The notes under the pieces were generated by a model that saw only the letters and a program-made list of their open reading frames with translations, was not told the origin of the DNA and made no database searches. Positions 62,886 through 64,000 of a stretch of DNA of 64,000 bases are shown piece by piece. How positions within the stretch are numbered: position 1 is the stretch's first letter; each line of letters starts with the position of its first letter. Made by a program: the position numbers and the translations under genes. Location: the IMG/VR virus record IMGVR_UViG_3300045988_065571. One strand, written 5' to 3'. Source of the DNA: a virus.

Positions 62886-63895
62886 AAGACTTAAAAGTAC
62901 TGGGAGTATGTGGAGGGCAAGGAGCCCTCCTATTCCCTTTTAAAGATAAACTTATTGGGAATATCGAACCCAGAGGAGTATTCCATACAAGTAGAGAAAG
63001 CCAGTGGAAAGCTAACTTTAAAGGTATACCTTTCTTAAAAGGGTATGAACTACCCGAAGATTGGCATCCAGATATCATATTATCTAGCCCTGATTGTGGT
63101 AGTTGCTCAGTAATGAGGTTATCTAAATCTAAAGCCCTTGGAGACCCTAAAAGTAATAAAAGTATACAACTAGTATTTCAAGCAATTCAATATTACGAAC
63201 CTGCTCTCTTTCTTATAGAAAACCTACCAAGATTGCTATCTCTCATTTCTAAAGAAATGTTAACGGACTTCTTTAAGAACTATAAACTTATTTTTCACGA
63301 AAGAAGCGTTTCTGACTTCGGAAACTCCCAAGTATCAAGAAAAAGATTAGTAATCGTTGGAGTTCATTTAGACAAGGGAAAAGAATATTTGGATTCTTTT
63401 AATGAAGTATTCCAAGTAAATACTCCAAAACTTACTAGAGATTTACTAGTACAAGCTCCACAGGAAGCTTTAATCCCATTCTCTGATAAAGTTTTAGCCA
63501 TGTATGATTATCGGAAATTACCTGAAAAGAAAAATCTTACGGTCAGACAAGTAAGACAACTTTGGACTCATGATTTCAAAGATGAAAAGAAATGGCCAAT
63601 CAAAACTGCTAAGATGAGTACTCTCCCGGGAGTATATCGATTAGAAGATGATAAACCACCCTTAACACTTAGACCTTCTGATAGGCAATTTAGACCAGAT
63701 GGGTATCCTTTGGGTATTTATGATTTCAAGGCAATTATGGGATTCCCTGAAAATTACCGAGTATTTATTCGGGGATTTGCAACTTGGGACCCTAAGACTT
63801 ATCACTACTGGTTAAATAAGGCTAGGTATACACTTGCTAAAGGGTCGGTATGTGAAATAGGATTATGGTTTAAGAAATGCCTTAATTTCAAGTGA
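62882..63895 (+). CDS. divergent DNA (cytosine-5) methyltransferase-like protein
   Basis: Motif I-like LGVCGGQGAL, motif IV-like SSPDCGSCS (DC rather than PC), motif VI FLIENLPRL, motif VIII SQVSRKRLVIVG. ATG 62882 (ATGA overlap) is preferred over TTG 62846. Confidence 0.5.
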   Translation: MKDLKVLGVCGGQGALLFPFKDKLIGNIEPRGVFHTSRESQWKANFKGIPFLKGYELPEDWHPDIILSSPDCGSCSVMRLSKSKALGDPKSNKSIQLVFQAIQYYEPALFLIENLPRLLSLISKEMLTDFFKNYKLIFHERSVSDFGNSQVSRKRLVIVGVHLDKGKEYLDSFNEVFQVNTPKLTRDLLVQAPQEALIPFSDKVLAMYDYRKLPEKKNLTVRQVRQLWTHDFKDEKKWPIKTAKMSTLPGVYRLEDDKPPLTLRPSDRQFRPDGYPLGIYDFKAIMGFPENYRVFIRGFATWDPKTYHYWLNKARYTLAKGSVCEIGLWFKKCLNFK

Positions 63896-63930
63896 ATCCC
63901 CCTATATAAATCTAATAGGCTTTTAAAGGG

Positions 63931-63990
63931 TATTGGAATAAGGAATATTGGAATAAGGAATATTGGAATAAGGAATACTGATATAAGAAT
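63931..63990. repeat. 15-bp tandem repeat, three perfect copies plus a degenerate fourth
   Basis: TATTGGAATAAGGAA at 63931, 63946 and 63961, then TACTGATATAAGAAT. Non-coding, 36 nt after the methyltransferase-like gene. Confidence 0.85.
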
Positions 63991-64000
63991 CAATCAGGAA

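Noticed and set aside
63805-63993. 62-aa minus-strand ORF reading IPIFLIPIFLIPIFL
   Set aside because: It is generated by translating the 15-bp tandem DNA repeat and overlaps the end of the methyltransferase-like gene.

Overview
This window looks like a 64-kb segment of an AT-rich, contractile-tailed dsDNA phage genome, coded almost entirely on the + strand. All calls come from reading the supplied translations and the DNA by eye. No searches were run, so family names are motif-level inferences.

Layout:
- (i) 1-16.8 kb: late tail and baseplate module. Order is sheath, tube, chaperone with a probable -1 frameshift, tape measure, LysM protein, gpD-like hub, gpV/gp5-like spike, gp25-like, gpJ-like, large Ig-repeat tail protein, holin-like protein, collar-domain fibre.
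- (ii) 17.0-41.4 kb: replication, recombination and nucleotide-metabolism module. It holds a DnaB-like protein, primase, HNH endonuclease, SF2 helicase, dUTPase plus a degenerate dUTPase paralog, an NTP-pyrophosphatase-like protein and two ThyA-fold ORFs. It also holds a family-A DNA polymerase, GroES-like protein, RecA/UvsX-like recombinase, FEN/5'-3' exonuclease, P-loop kinase, SbcD/SbcC-like nuclease, a PD-(D/E)XK nuclease, a NusG-like factor and a sigma-region-4-like HTH protein.
- (iii) 41.4-58.3 kb: about 40 small ORFs of unknown function in short transcription units. Each unit is headed by a Bacteroidota-type promoter (-33 TTTG / -7 TAnnTTTG), often preceded by a conserved ATCCTCAGCT box, and the units are separated by hairpin terminators. 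Several products are extremely acidic or lysine-rich.
- (iv) 56.6-57.6 kb and 58.3-58.7 kb: two ORF-free, repeat-dense regions flanking a two-gene cassette.
- (v) 58.7-60.0 kb: a much more AT-rich two-gene island with its own promoters and terminators.
- (vi) 60.2-61.8 kb: a minus-strand cluster of small, partly membrane, proteins. It is followed by an N-acetylmuramidase-type endolysin, an HExxH membrane protein, a divergent C5-methyltransferase-like gene and a 15-bp tandem repeat.

I recognised no rRNA, tRNA or CRISPR array.

The most interesting signals are:
- the dNTP-pool remodelling block, which suggests modified pyrimidines in the phage DNA;
- the promoter/CCTCAGC cassettes;
- the phage NusG-like and HTH gene pair;
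- the repeat-dense non-coding regions, which are candidates for an origin, packaging site or genome terminus.
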